Below are positions 19,396 to 28,606 of a stretch of DNA of 64,000 nt, piece after piece. Every line of letters begins with the position of its first letter. Position 1 is the first letter of the stretch. The stretch lies in contig CAWDML010000008.1 in assembly GCA_963803435.1 (NCBI GenBank), positions 416,001-480,000 of the forward strand, written 5' to 3'. Below the pieces are notes generated by a model that ran no database searches, was not told the DNA's origin, and saw only the letters and a list, made by a program, of their open reading frames with translations. The position numbers and the translations under genes are program-made. The DNA comes from an uncultured delta proteobacterium (GTDB lineage: Bacteria; Myxococcota; Kuafuiibacteriia; Kuafuiibacteriales; Kuafuiibacteriaceae).

Positions 19396-20531
19396 TGTTC
19401 GTCGGACGCGATGAGCTGCAGATGAAGTTCCGGGATCGAACCCGGGCGCTGGCGCTCGGTGAGAAGCTCGAGTCGGTCTTGGCGGAGATCGGTCGCGACC
19501 CGGTCTCGGTGATGCACGTGTGCGGGAGCCACGAGCAGGCTATCGCGCGCTACGGCCTGAGGTCCGGCTTCCCCAAGGCGCTCGACGTGATCATGGGACC
19601 CGGCTGCCCGGTCTGCATTACCGACGTCCCCGAGGTGGACGAAGCCGTCGCGCTGGCGAAGCAGGGGGTCCGCATCGCCACGTACGGCGACATGCTCAAG
19701 GTCCCGGGCACGGCGCAATCGCTCGCCGCCGTGCAGGCGGAGGGCGCCCGGATCGACGTGGTCTACAGCGTGGCGCAGGCGGTCGAGCTGGCGCGGAGCG
19801 TCACCGAGGAGGTCGTCTTCTTCGCGACGGGTTTCGAGACCACCGCGGTCACCACCGCGGCGGTGCTGCTCGACGATCCCCCGAAGAACTTCTCGGTGCT
19901 CTCCGCCCACAAGTACATCCCGCCGGTCATGGAGATCGTCTCCGAGATGCCGGACACCCGCATCGAGGGGTTCATCGCGGCGGGACACGCGGCCACGATC
20001 ACCGGGACTGCGATCTTCGAGCCCTTCGCGAAGCGTCACGGAGTTCCCGTGGTGGTCGCCGGCTTCGAGCCGCTCGACATCCTGGCCGCGCTGGTGATCC
20101 TCGTCGAGCTGATCCGCGACGGACGCGCCGAGGTGGTGAACGCCTATCCGCGGTGCGTCTCGCGCGAAGGGAACCTGGTCGCGCAGGAGCGGCTCTGGAG
20201 GGTCTTCCGGCCGATCGGCGGCCGCTGGCGCGGCATCGCGCACGTGCCGAACGGCAACCTGCGGCTGCGCGACGAGATGGCGGCGTTCGACGCACGCCGG
20301 CGCTTCACGATCGACCTCGAGTCGCTCTGGGACCACGCACCTCCGAAGCTGCTCCAGCAGTGCATCTGCGGGGACATCATGGCCGGTATCGCTGCGCCGA
20401 GCGACTGCGCGCTGTTCGGCAAGGAGTGCCGCCCGGACGCCCCCGTGGGCGCGTGCATGGTCTCGAGCGAGGGCACTTGCAAGATCTGGCACCTGTACGG
20501 CGGACACCCGGATCTGGGAGACGTTCGATGA
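19392..20531 (+). CDS. hypD: Hydrogenase maturation protein HypD
   Basis: VCGSH, GPGCPVC, GFETT, GACMVSSEGTC. Confidence 0.96.
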   Translation: MMFVGRDELQMKFRDRTRALALGEKLESVLAEIGRDPVSVMHVCGSHEQAIARYGLRSGFPKALDVIMGPGCPVCITDVPEVDEAVALAKQGVRIATYGDMLKVPGTAQSLAAVQAEGARIDVVYSVAQAVELARSVTEEVVFFATGFETTAVTTAAVLLDDPPKNFSVLSAHKYIPPVMEIVSEMPDTRIEGFIAAGHAATITGTAIFEPFAKRHGVPVVVAGFEPLDILAALVILVELIRDGRAEVVNAYPRCVSREGNLVAQERLWRVFRPIGGRWRGIAHVPNGNLRLRDEMAAFDARRRFTIDLESLWDHAPPKLLQQCICGDIMAGIAAPSDCALFGKECRPDAPVGACMVSSEGTCKIWHLYGGHPDLGDVR

Positions 20532-21556
20532 TTCCTCTCGAGTCCAAGCTCACGATGACCCACGGCGCCGGCGGGCGGGCGATGCGCCGGCTGATCCAGT
20601 CGGTGTTCGCGGAGGGATGGGACCCCTCGCCCGAGGGCGTCATCGGTCTGGAGGCGATGGACGACGGCGCTGCGATCCGCGTCGGCGATCGCTGGCTGGT
20701 GGTCACGACGGACTCGCACGTGATCCACCCGATCTTCTTCCCCGGCGGGGACATCGGGCGGCTCGCGATCTCCGGCACCGTCAACGACCTGGCGATGATG
20801 GGGGCCACCGAGGTGACCGCCCTGACCTCGGCGATGATCATCGAGGACGGCTTCGCCCGCGCCGCCCTCGAGCAGGTGCACGCCTCGATGCTCACCGCCT
20901 GCAGAGAGGCCGGCGCCCGCGTCGTCACGGGCGACACCAAGCTGATGGGGAAGGGCGAGGTCGACGGGCTGCTCATCAACACCACCGGAGTCGCGCTCAC
21001 CGACCGGATCGTGCGCGACAACGGACTCCGGCCCGGGGACCGGATCATCGTCACGGGGACCATCGGCGATCACGGCTTTGCCGTGATGGCGCATCGCAAC
21101 GGGATCGAGCTCGATGGTCAGCTGGTCTCCGACGTCGGGCCGATCAACGGTCTGATCCGCGGCGCGCTGAAGGTCGGCGGCGAGGCCATCACGGCGATGA
21201 AGGATCCGACGCGAGGCGGTGTCGCGAGCGCCCTCTCCGAGATGGCGGAGAAGAGCCATGTCGGCGTGCTCTTGATGCAAGAGCAGCTCCCGTTCTCCGA
21301 TGCGGTGATCGGGGCGTCCGAGCTCCTCGGGATCGATCCGCTGCACGTGGCCAACGAGGGCAAGGCGGTGCTGGGGGTCCGGCCCGAGGCGGTCGACGCC
21401 GTGCTTGCGGTGCTGCGTGATCACCCGCTCGGCGCGCGCGCCGCGGTGATCGGTACCGCGGTGGAGGGCCAGGTCGGTCGCGTCGTGCTCGACACCGGGT
21501 TCGGCCGGCGCATCCTGGCCGAGCTCGAGGGCGAGCCGTTGCCACGGATTTGTTGA
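20528..21556 (+). CDS. hypE: Hydrogenase maturation protein HypE
   Basis: HGAGG, TTDSH, GDTK, DPTRGG; C-terminal PRIC. Confidence 0.96.
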   Translation: MIPLESKLTMTHGAGGRAMRRLIQSVFAEGWDPSPEGVIGLEAMDDGAAIRVGDRWLVVTTDSHVIHPIFFPGGDIGRLAISGTVNDLAMMGATEVTALTSAMIIEDGFARAALEQVHASMLTACREAGARVVTGDTKLMGKGEVDGLLINTTGVALTDRIVRDNGLRPGDRIIVTGTIGDHGFAVMAHRNGIELDGQLVSDVGPINGLIRGALKVGGEAITAMKDPTRGGVASALSEMAEKSHVGVLLMQEQLPFSDAVIGASELLGIDPLHVANEGKAVLGVRPEAVDAVLAVLRDHPLGARAAVIGTAVEGQVGRVVLDTGFGRRILAELEGEPLPRIC

Positions 21557-21566
21557 GGAGGGCCAA

Positions 21567-22400
21567 ATGAAGAACATCAGAGTGACACGGGACGGAGCGG
21601 TCGGAATCATCACGATCGATCGTCCCGAGCGCTTCAACGCGTTCGATGTGATCACTGCGCGCGACTTTCGCAAGGCGGGCCTCGGATTCGCCCGCGACAC
21701 GGACGTCCGCTGTGTCGTGGTCCGCGGGACGAACGGAGTCTTCTCCAGCGGAGCCGACCTCAAGTACATCCGCGACGGGGGCTCCGACGACGATCTCGGC
21801 TATCTGCACCCGGGGTCCCGCGGCGTCCCCCGCGGCTACGGCGAGGTGTTCAAGCAGATCCTGGAATATCTCCACAGCACCATCTCCGAGATCCGACGCG
21901 CGCCCAAGCCGTTCATCGCGGCGGTGGACGGCGTGGCGGCGGCCGGCGGCATGGGCATCGCGCTCTCGTGCGACCTGGTGCTGGCCTCGGGCCGCTCGAC
22001 GTTCGAGTACGCCTACTTCAAGACCGCGCTCTGCGGGGCCGAGAGCAACACCTTCTTCCTGCCCAAGCTGGTGGGGCTGCGGAAGGCCCTCGACATGGCA
22101 CTCCTGAACCCGCGCTTCTCCGCGGTCGAGGCCGAGCAGCTGGGGTTGATCAGCCGGGCGATCGCCAACGAGCGCTTCGAGGAGGAGGTCCGCGAGATCG
22201 CCCAGCGTCTGGCGGCCGGGCCGACCGGCGCCTACGCGGCGGCCAAGCGCCTCTTCAACGCCTCGGCGGGGTTCGAGCGCCTGGACTTCCACCTCGACCA
22301 CGAGCTCGAGACGCTGGCCCGCAGCGCCGACTCGAAGGACTTCGCAGAGGGCATCCGCGCCTTCTTCGAGAAGCGGCCGCCGGTCTTCTCGGGAGAGTGA
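21567..22400 (+). CDS. Enoyl-CoA hydratase/isomerase (crotonase) family protein
   Basis: RPERFNA, FSSGADL, PKPFIAAVDGVAAAGG, EGIRAFFEKRPP. Confidence 0.9.
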   Translation: MKNIRVTRDGAVGIITIDRPERFNAFDVITARDFRKAGLGFARDTDVRCVVVRGTNGVFSSGADLKYIRDGGSDDDLGYLHPGSRGVPRGYGEVFKQILEYLHSTISEIRRAPKPFIAAVDGVAAAGGMGIALSCDLVLASGRSTFEYAYFKTALCGAESNTFFLPKLVGLRKALDMALLNPRFSAVEAEQLGLISRAIANERFEEEVREIAQRLAAGPTGAYAAAKRLFNASAGFERLDFHLDHELETLARSADSKDFAEGIRAFFEKRPPVFSGE

Positions 22401-22402
22401 CC

Positions 22403-22750
22403 ATGCACGAGTACTCGCTGGTGCAGGCGCTCCTCTCCCGGGTCGAGGCCGAGGCCGCCGGGCGCGGCGCCACCAAGGTCCAGCGGATCGCGGTGCGCAT
22501 CGGCGACCTGGCCGGCGTGGAGCGCGATCTCTTCGCCACCGCCTTCGCGGCTTTCACCGAGCGGACCATCTGCGAGGGCGCCGAGCTCGAGATCATCGCC
22601 GAGGAGGCCCGCTGGCGCTGCCCTCACTGCAAGCGCGAGATCGCGCCGGGCCGGATGCTCCGCTGCCCGAGCTGCGCCATCCCCGCCGAGCTGGCGGCGG
22701 GCGGCGAGCTGTTTCTCGATCGAATCCAGATGGAGGTTCCCGATGTGTGA
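22403..22750 (+). CDS. hypA: Nickel metallochaperone HypA
   Basis: MHEYS; two CxxC. Confidence 0.95.
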   Translation: MHEYSLVQALLSRVEAEAAGRGATKVQRIAVRIGDLAGVERDLFATAFAAFTERTICEGAELEIIAEEARWRCPHCKREIAPGRMLRCPSCAIPAELAAGGELFLDRIQMEVPDV

Positions 22751-23438
22751 TGTCTGTGGATGCGGCGACCGCCGCATCGTCTCGGTCGAGGTGCACGACC
22801 GCCTGCTGGCGGACAACGATCGCGCCGCCGCCCACAACCGTGAGCACTTCATCGAGCACGGCGTGACCGCCCTGAACCTGATGGGCTCCCCGGGATCCGG
22901 GAAGACGGCGGTGCTCGAGGCGCTGGCCCGGGCGCTCGGACCCGGCCGGAAGATCGGCGCGCTCAGCGCGGACCTCGCCACCGATAACGACGCGCGGCGA
23001 CTGCGCAGCGCCGGGATCGTCTCCGAGGCGATCACCACCGGCACTGCCTGCCACCTCGACGCCGATCTGGTCCACGAGGCCCTCCACGATCTCGAGTGGC
23101 AGGACCGCGAGCTCTTCTTCATCGAGAACGTCGGCAACCTAGTGTGCCCCGCGATCTACGATCTCGGACAGGCCGCCAACATCGTGGCGCTGTCGGTGAC
23201 CGAGGGCGTGGACAAGCCCATCAAGTACCCGGTGATGTTCCGAAAGGCCGACCTGGTGTTGATCACCAAGGTGGATCTGCTGCCTCACCTCGACGACGTC
23301 GATCTCGACGCCATCCGCGAGTCGCTGTCCCGCGTCATGCCCCGGCCGCTGTCCATCGCCGTCTCGGCCAAGACCGGCGAAGGGATCGACGCGCTGGTCG
23401 ACTGGCTCGAGACGTTGAGCGGAGCGACCCCGCTTTGA
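22743..23438 (+). CDS. hypB: Nickel incorporation GTPase HypB
   Basis: MCDVCGC, GSPGSGKT, CHLDA, ENVGNLVCP. Confidence 0.95.
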   Translation: MCDVCGCGDRRIVSVEVHDRLLADNDRAAAHNREHFIEHGVTALNLMGSPGSGKTAVLEALARALGPGRKIGALSADLATDNDARRLRSAGIVSEAITTGTACHLDADLVHEALHDLEWQDRELFFIENVGNLVCPAIYDLGQAANIVALSVTEGVDKPIKYPVMFRKADLVLITKVDLLPHLDDVDLDAIRESLSRVMPRPLSIAVSAKTGEGIDALVDWLETLSGATPL

Positions 23439-23745
23439 GCCGGAGGGTGGTCACGGTCCTGCTCGAGCTGCAGCTCGGGCTCTGATGAGGTGCTTCAGGC
23501 GGGAGCGTCGGCGCGGCGTCGCGGACCAGCCTGGCCATGAGCTCCTCGCAGCGCGCGGTCGGGATCCATCCCTCTATCCCAAACATGTGCCGGTGCGTGC
23601 ATCCCGTCCCGAGAGCAGAACACACGGTACGCCGTTACCGATGCGCCCGAGGCGCGTGACCGGCTCGTGCAGCCTCGCGGAGTCGCGGAACAACCCGATG
23701 TCACCTCGGAGTCGAGATCCCTTGTGACGAGTCCCGCCGCCGGGG

Positions 23746-25425
23746 ATGATCACCGCGGTGGGCGTCTATCGGGAGTTCGAGGCGCAGCTCGCACGATGGC
23801 GCGCGCACTACCACGATCACCCCGAGCTCGAGACCCAGCACCTGCTCCTCTTGGCGCTCGAGCGGGAGCAGAACGTCACCGTCGCCTATCGTGAGGCGGT
23901 CCTCGCCCGACGCCTGGCACAGCTCGAGGTCCCCGCCTCGGTGCGCGGTCTCTTTCACCGCGCGCTCGTTTGGATCTGGAAGGACGAAGAGATGCACACG
24001 GTCTACGTCCGCCGGGCGCTCCTCCAACCGTTGCGGTCGGTGCTGACCGCCCGCACGCTGGTCCAGCTGGCAGCCGGAGCCCTGGGTGGATGGTCGGTCT
24101 CGGTGAAGCAGCACCGCCGCTGGGCCGAGGCGCCGCTCGCGTGCGCGGCGGCCGGGGTCGTCACCCAGGCGGGCCAGCTCGTCGGGCGCGTGCCACCGGC
24201 GGTCGTGCCGTATCTGTCCTACCGATCGTTCGGCGCGTTCTGCCGCTACAACGTCGAGACCGAGGGGACGGCCTGGCTGAGCTGGCGGCGGCTCGCCGAG
24301 CTGGCGGGGCAGGACGCGGCCGTGCCGCGTGCCCGGGTCGAGGACCTCCGGCGGGGCGCCGACGACGAGGATCGACACCGCCGGATCTTCGCGATCATCG
24401 CCGATGCGCTCACCGACGAGGATCGGCTCCTCCCCGGCTTCGAGGAGGCCCGGCTGGTGGAGGAGATCCGCGCGGTCGACGAGTCGTTCCTACCGCGCTC
24501 GAAGCGACGCCGCCGCACCGGCTCAGAGCAGGTAGGGAGCGGCGCTCCGGTGTTCGTCGTCGAGACGCCGAAGCACGTCGACGCGCGCGCGGAGCTCCGC
24601 AGCCTGCTCTCGGAGGCCGGGCTCCCGGAGATCATGGCCGCTCGAACGCGGGCGCTGGAGGTCGCGCAGGGCCAGCTGTGTGTGGCGGTGAAGTGCAGCC
24701 TCGTGTGCGGCGATCGCTCGGGGGTGACCGATCCCGAGCTCGTCGAGGCGCTGTCGATGTTCCTACGCGAGCATGGCGCCGCCCGGATCTCGGTGCTCGA
24801 CACTTCCGCCCTCCGCGTGTTCGACCGGCGTCCGCTGAGCGAGGTCGCGCTCGGCCACGGCTTCGGCTCGCCCCATCACTACCTGATCGACGCCTCCGGC
24901 GAACAGGTGACCCACCGCTACGGTCGCGGCATGGCGGCCCACTCGATCGCTCGTACCTGGAAGGACGCGCACCTGAGGCTCTCCTTCGCGAAGCTGACCC
25001 CGCACCATCCTGTCGGTCTGACCCTGGCGAACCTCGAGGGGATGAGCGGCGCGACCGAGCGGATCCGTTTTCTCTCGGGCGGGGCGCATCGCACGTCCTC
25101 GATCATGATGTTGGTCGACGAGTTCGCGCCGCAGCTCTTCCTGCTCGAGAGCCCGCGCCGGCTCTATGCGAGCACCGACGGCCTGGCCCTCGACCGCCTG
25201 GCCGCCCGGCATGCTGGGATCGGCGATCCCAGCCGATCGGCGATCCTCCGCGACGCGGAGCGATGGATCGGCGAGGCGCCGTCGGATCGCGAGGCGCCGA
25301 ATTCAGGGAAGTCGCGGATCATGCGCGTGCTCCAGCAGATCCCGGGCGCGCTTCAGGCGCTGGCCGGATGGACGGGACGAACGTCGACGATGCCCCAGAG
25401 GATCGATCGATCCCGCATCGCCTGA
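23746..25425 (+). CDS. Ferritin-like di-iron domain fused to a degenerate DUF362-like domain
   Basis: Paired ExxH motifs (DEEMH, DEDRH) with preceding Glu; C-terminal VAVK...TDPELVEAL...LTLANLEG...DGLALD. Confidence 0.55.
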   Translation: MITAVGVYREFEAQLARWRAHYHDHPELETQHLLLLALEREQNVTVAYREAVLARRLAQLEVPASVRGLFHRALVWIWKDEEMHTVYVRRALLQPLRSVLTARTLVQLAAGALGGWSVSVKQHRRWAEAPLACAAAGVVTQAGQLVGRVPPAVVPYLSYRSFGAFCRYNVETEGTAWLSWRRLAELAGQDAAVPRARVEDLRRGADDEDRHRRIFAIIADALTDEDRLLPGFEEARLVEEIRAVDESFLPRSKRRRRTGSEQVGSGAPVFVVETPKHVDARAELRSLLSEAGLPEIMAARTRALEVAQGQLCVAVKCSLVCGDRSGVTDPELVEALSMFLREHGAARISVLDTSALRVFDRRPLSEVALGHGFGSPHHYLIDASGEQVTHRYGRGMAAHSIARTWKDAHLRLSFAKLTPHHPVGLTLANLEGMSGATERIRFLSGGAHRTSSIMMLVDEFAPQLFLLESPRRLYASTDGLALDRLAARHAGIGDPSRSAILRDAERWIGEAPSDREAPNSGKSRIMRVLQQIPGALQALAGWTGRTSTMPQRIDRSRIA

Positions 25426-26264
25426 TTGGTCCTCGAGCCCGGCTCGGGCTCCGCGATGCTGCGCGTGACCACGACGGCACGCTCGCTGGCCGCGTGGGCG
25501 ACCGCGGCGCTGAGCCGGGTCCGGTAGCCCTCGGGGGCCCCGTCGAGGATGTTGGAGAGCGTGAACCCGTCGAAGCTGCCCGGGGCGCAGGACTCCAGAA
25601 AGGAGGCGGCGTCGGCCGCGACAAAATGGATCCGCTGCGCGCTTCGCTCGCTGATCGGCGCGGCGGGCGGCGGTTCGGAGAGCTCGCCGAGGAGCAGGGC
25701 GCGGGCGTACGGGTTCGTCTTGTTGGGGTGGGTCGCGAAGCACCGCTCGAGGCGGGCGCGCAGGACCTGGCCGAAGCGAGCGGGCAGCACCTCGAGGAAC
25801 GGAGAGGCGTAGATCGCATTCAGGCGGGACGCCGAGAGCAGCACGTCGGTGGCGGTCCGGAAGGCGAGGCCGTTCAGACGGCGGTTCCAGAACACGAGCT
25901 GCTGGATCGGATCCTCCAGCGCGAGGAACGTCTCGATGGTGCTCCGGCGCCAGCCGAACAGGGCCATCAGGTTCCGTCCGATGCCCATCACGCGCTCGGC
26001 GGAGCCGTGCTCGGCAGTCTCACCGGCGGCGCGGGCGCGGGCGTATTCGAGCTGGATCGGGTTGATGTCGACGGCGGTGACGCTGCGACCGGGCGCGAGC
26101 GCCCGCGCCATGTCACCGGCCGAGGCGATGCAGAAGACGCGGGAGCCTTCGGGGAACGCGGCCTGCTCGATCGCGCTGTCCTCGTACATGCGACCGAACA
26201 GGATCTTCTTCGGCCCCGACCCCGCGTCGAAGCGTCCGGACCTCCAGGGCGTCTCGGCACGCAT
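25353..26264 (-). CDS. DUF3419/BtaA-like SAM-dependent transferase
   Basis: MYEDSAIE, CIASAG, VDINPIQL, FDGFTLSNILD. Confidence 0.7.
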   Translation of the reverse strand: MRAETPWRSGRFDAGSGPKKILFGRMYEDSAIEQAAFPEGSRVFCIASAGDMARALAPGRSVTAVDINPIQLEYARARAAGETAEHGSAERVMGIGRNLMALFGWRRSTIETFLALEDPIQQLVFWNRRLNGLAFRTATDVLLSASRLNAIYASPFLEVLPARFGQVLRARLERCFATHPNKTNPYARALLLGELSEPPPAAPISERSAQRIHFVAADAASFLESCAPGSFDGFTLSNILDGAPEGYRTRLSAAVAHAASERAVVVTRSIAEPEPGSRTNQAMRDRSILWGIVDVRPVHPASA

Positions 26265-26269
26265 GCTGC

Positions 26270-26644
26270 TCAGCCCGCTCCGGTCGACTGCGCCGCGACC
26301 ACCCAGGCGAGGACCAGGAAGGCCGCGTTCTTCACCACCATGCCGCCGGGATCCGGGATGATGCGACGGGCGAAGAGCAGGCCGCCGGAGTTCATCGAGA
26401 TGAGGAGCACCGTCTGGGTGAGCGCGGCCGCGGTCGGCTGCCATCCGGTGAGCACCCAGGCCGCGAGCCCACACTCCACGACACCGATCAGCCGGAGCAG
26501 CCACTTGGCCGCCGATCGGTCGAAGAGGGGAACAGCGTCGACGACGTCGAGCTGGTGCGGGACACCGCCCAGCAACTTGCACCAGAGGCCTTCGTACAGC
26601 CAAACGGCGGCGACGGCAATCCGGCTGAGGAGGAGCGGAGGCAT
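26270..26644 (-). CDS. DoxX-like membrane protein
   Basis: VWLYEGLWCKLL, IGVVE, DPGGMVVKN. Confidence 0.75.
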   Translation of the reverse strand: MPPLLLSRIAVAAVWLYEGLWCKLLGGVPHQLDVVDAVPLFDRSAAKWLLRLIGVVECGLAAWVLTGWQPTAAALTQTVLLISMNSGGLLFARRIIPDPGGMVVKNAAFLVLAWVVAAQSTGAG

Positions 26645-26719
26645 CGGCTCCGTCTACCACGCTCGCGCGCGCTTGTCGGCGGTCGAAGCGCCGGCCAGAA
26701 TCCGGGGTGAAGCCTCCGC

Positions 26720-27685
26720 GTGTCTGCTTCCGCTGTCACCTGGCCCGGCTACGCGGCTTGGGCCGAGACCGTCGCCGCGAGCCGAGAGGAGTTCGTGCGC
26801 GTGGCGAGAAGCTTCTGGTTGATCCCGGAGCTCATCCCTCCGACCACGCGCGAGGATGTGGCTCTGCTTTACTGCCTGTGCCGCAGGCTCGACGACTCCG
26901 TCGACGAGGCCCCCGATCCCGCTCAGGCGCGGGACGCCCTCGAGCGATGGCGTGGCGAGCTCCGCGGACGAGCGCCGCCGCGTCCCTTGGTCGCAGCCTT
27001 CCTGGCGGGCACCCGACGGACGGGGCTTCCGCTCCAGTGCGTCGATCTTCTGCTCGAAGGGATGGCGTTCGACCTGAGCGTGGTGCGCGTGGCGAACGAC
27101 GCAGAGCTCCTTCGCTATTCGTATCGCGTGAGCTCGGCGGTCGGGCTCATGCTCGCTCCGCTCCTCGGGATACGCGGCGTCGAGGCCGAGCGTCGCGTGG
27201 TCGATCTCGGGCTCGCGCTCCAGGTCAGCAACATTCTCCTCGGTCTCGAGAGCGACGCGCGTCGTGGGCGTGTCTATCTGCCGGCCAATCGTCTCGCCGC
27301 GGTGGGCTTGGCGCCAGGGGACGTGCTCGCTCATCCGCACGACCGCCGGCTTCGCCCGGTGCTGCGCGGGTTGGCGCGGATGGCCGGCCGCTATTACGCG
27401 AGCGCGGAGCTCGGCGCTGCCGTGGTACCGCTGAGATACCGACACGGCGTGATGCTGCTCGGGCGCGTCTATGATGGGCTCGGACGGCGGGCGGCCCTCC
27501 GGGGCGCGGCCCCTCCGACGCCGGCCGGGCTCTCACTGGTGACCAGAATTCGCCACCTCACCGCGCTCGCCTTGAGCGCCGCACACCCGCGGGTCCTCGG
27601 CCTCGCGGCGCCTCCGCCGCACGACCCGGCGTTGCACCGCGCCATCGCCGGCTGGCCAGGCGCCAACGCAAGGGCGACCGCATGA
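26720..27685 (+). CDS. Phytoene/squalene synthase family protein
   Basis: YCLCRRLDDSVD, GMAFDL, YSYRVSSAVG, GRVYLP; second Asp-rich motif degenerate. Confidence 0.8.
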   Translation: MSASAVTWPGYAAWAETVAASREEFVRVARSFWLIPELIPPTTREDVALLYCLCRRLDDSVDEAPDPAQARDALERWRGELRGRAPPRPLVAAFLAGTRRTGLPLQCVDLLLEGMAFDLSVVRVANDAELLRYSYRVSSAVGLMLAPLLGIRGVEAERRVVDLGLALQVSNILLGLESDARRGRVYLPANRLAAVGLAPGDVLAHPHDRRLRPVLRGLARMAGRYYASAELGAAVVPLRYRHGVMLLGRVYDGLGRRAALRGAAPPTPAGLSLVTRIRHLTALALSAAHPRVLGLAAPPPHDPALHRAIAGWPGANARATA

Positions 27686-28606
27686 GGACGCGGCTCCAGA
27701 TTGTGACCGGCAAGGGCGGCGTGGGGAAGTCGACCTTCTCCGCGGCTTTGGCCCTGGCAGGCGCGGCGGCGGGCCGCCGGGTGCTCGCCATCGAGATGGG
27801 CGCGCCCGGAGGTCTCGCCGCGCTGCTGGGCGTCCGCCCCGAGGTCCACGGGATCCCGGTGGTCGCCGCACCGGGCGTGTGGCTGGCCTACTACGACGGT
27901 GAGGCCGCGCTGGCGGAGTTCCTCAAGAAGCGGCTGCCCGTCGGTCGTCTCCTGGACGGACTCTTCGACCACCCGCTCTATCGGGCGATGGTCGCCGCGG
28001 GCCCGGGCGTGCGCGAGCTGATGGCGATCGGCAAGGTGCAGGACGAGCTGCTCGGCCTCTCCAGCCGCAACGGGCCCGAGTGGGATTCTGATCGTGCTCG
28101 ACGCCGGCGCTTCGGGACACGCGCTCCAGCTCCTCCGCATGCCCGCTGCCACCGCGGGTACCTTCGAGAGCGGGATCGCGCATCGCGAGGCGAGTCGGGT
28201 GGCCAGGGTGCTCGCCGATCCTGCGCGCACCGCCGTGCACGTCGTGGCGCTCCCCGAGGAGATGCCGCTCGAGGAGGCCGCCGAGGTGATCGAGCGACTC
28301 CGGTCCGAGCCGCGCTTGCCCGTCGGCCGCCTGGTGATCAACCAGTGCCGCCCGCCTGCGCCCGGCGGTGCCGCGGAGGTGGTAGCCTCGCTCCGGGCCT
28401 CGACGGCGATCGATCCGGCGCGGAGTGCCCTGTCGATCGCCGCCGGGCGTGTGCTCGGCTGGCTCCGCATCCAAGAGGACGGCATCGCCGCGCTCGAGCG
28501 TCGCGTCGGTCTGCGCGCCGAGCGACTGCCCAAGCTCGAGGTCGAGTCGTTCAGCCTGGGCGAGGTGCACCAGCTGGCCGCGCGCTTGAAGGGAGGCTTT
28601 GGATGA
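27682..28606 (+). CDS. ArsA-family ATPase 1; frameshift at ~28086
   Basis: GKGGVGKS; removing one T from TGGGATTCTG restores WDLIVLDAGASGH and the frame ending at 28606. Confidence 0.85.

Noticed and set aside
21567-22400. Calling the crotonase hypX
   Set aside because: Lacks the N-terminal formyltransferase domain
5432-28088. Programmed frameshifting or phase variation at the broken genes
   Set aside because: No slippery or repeat tracts at the GAWTC sites; unrelated genes share the same indel, favouring sequencing error
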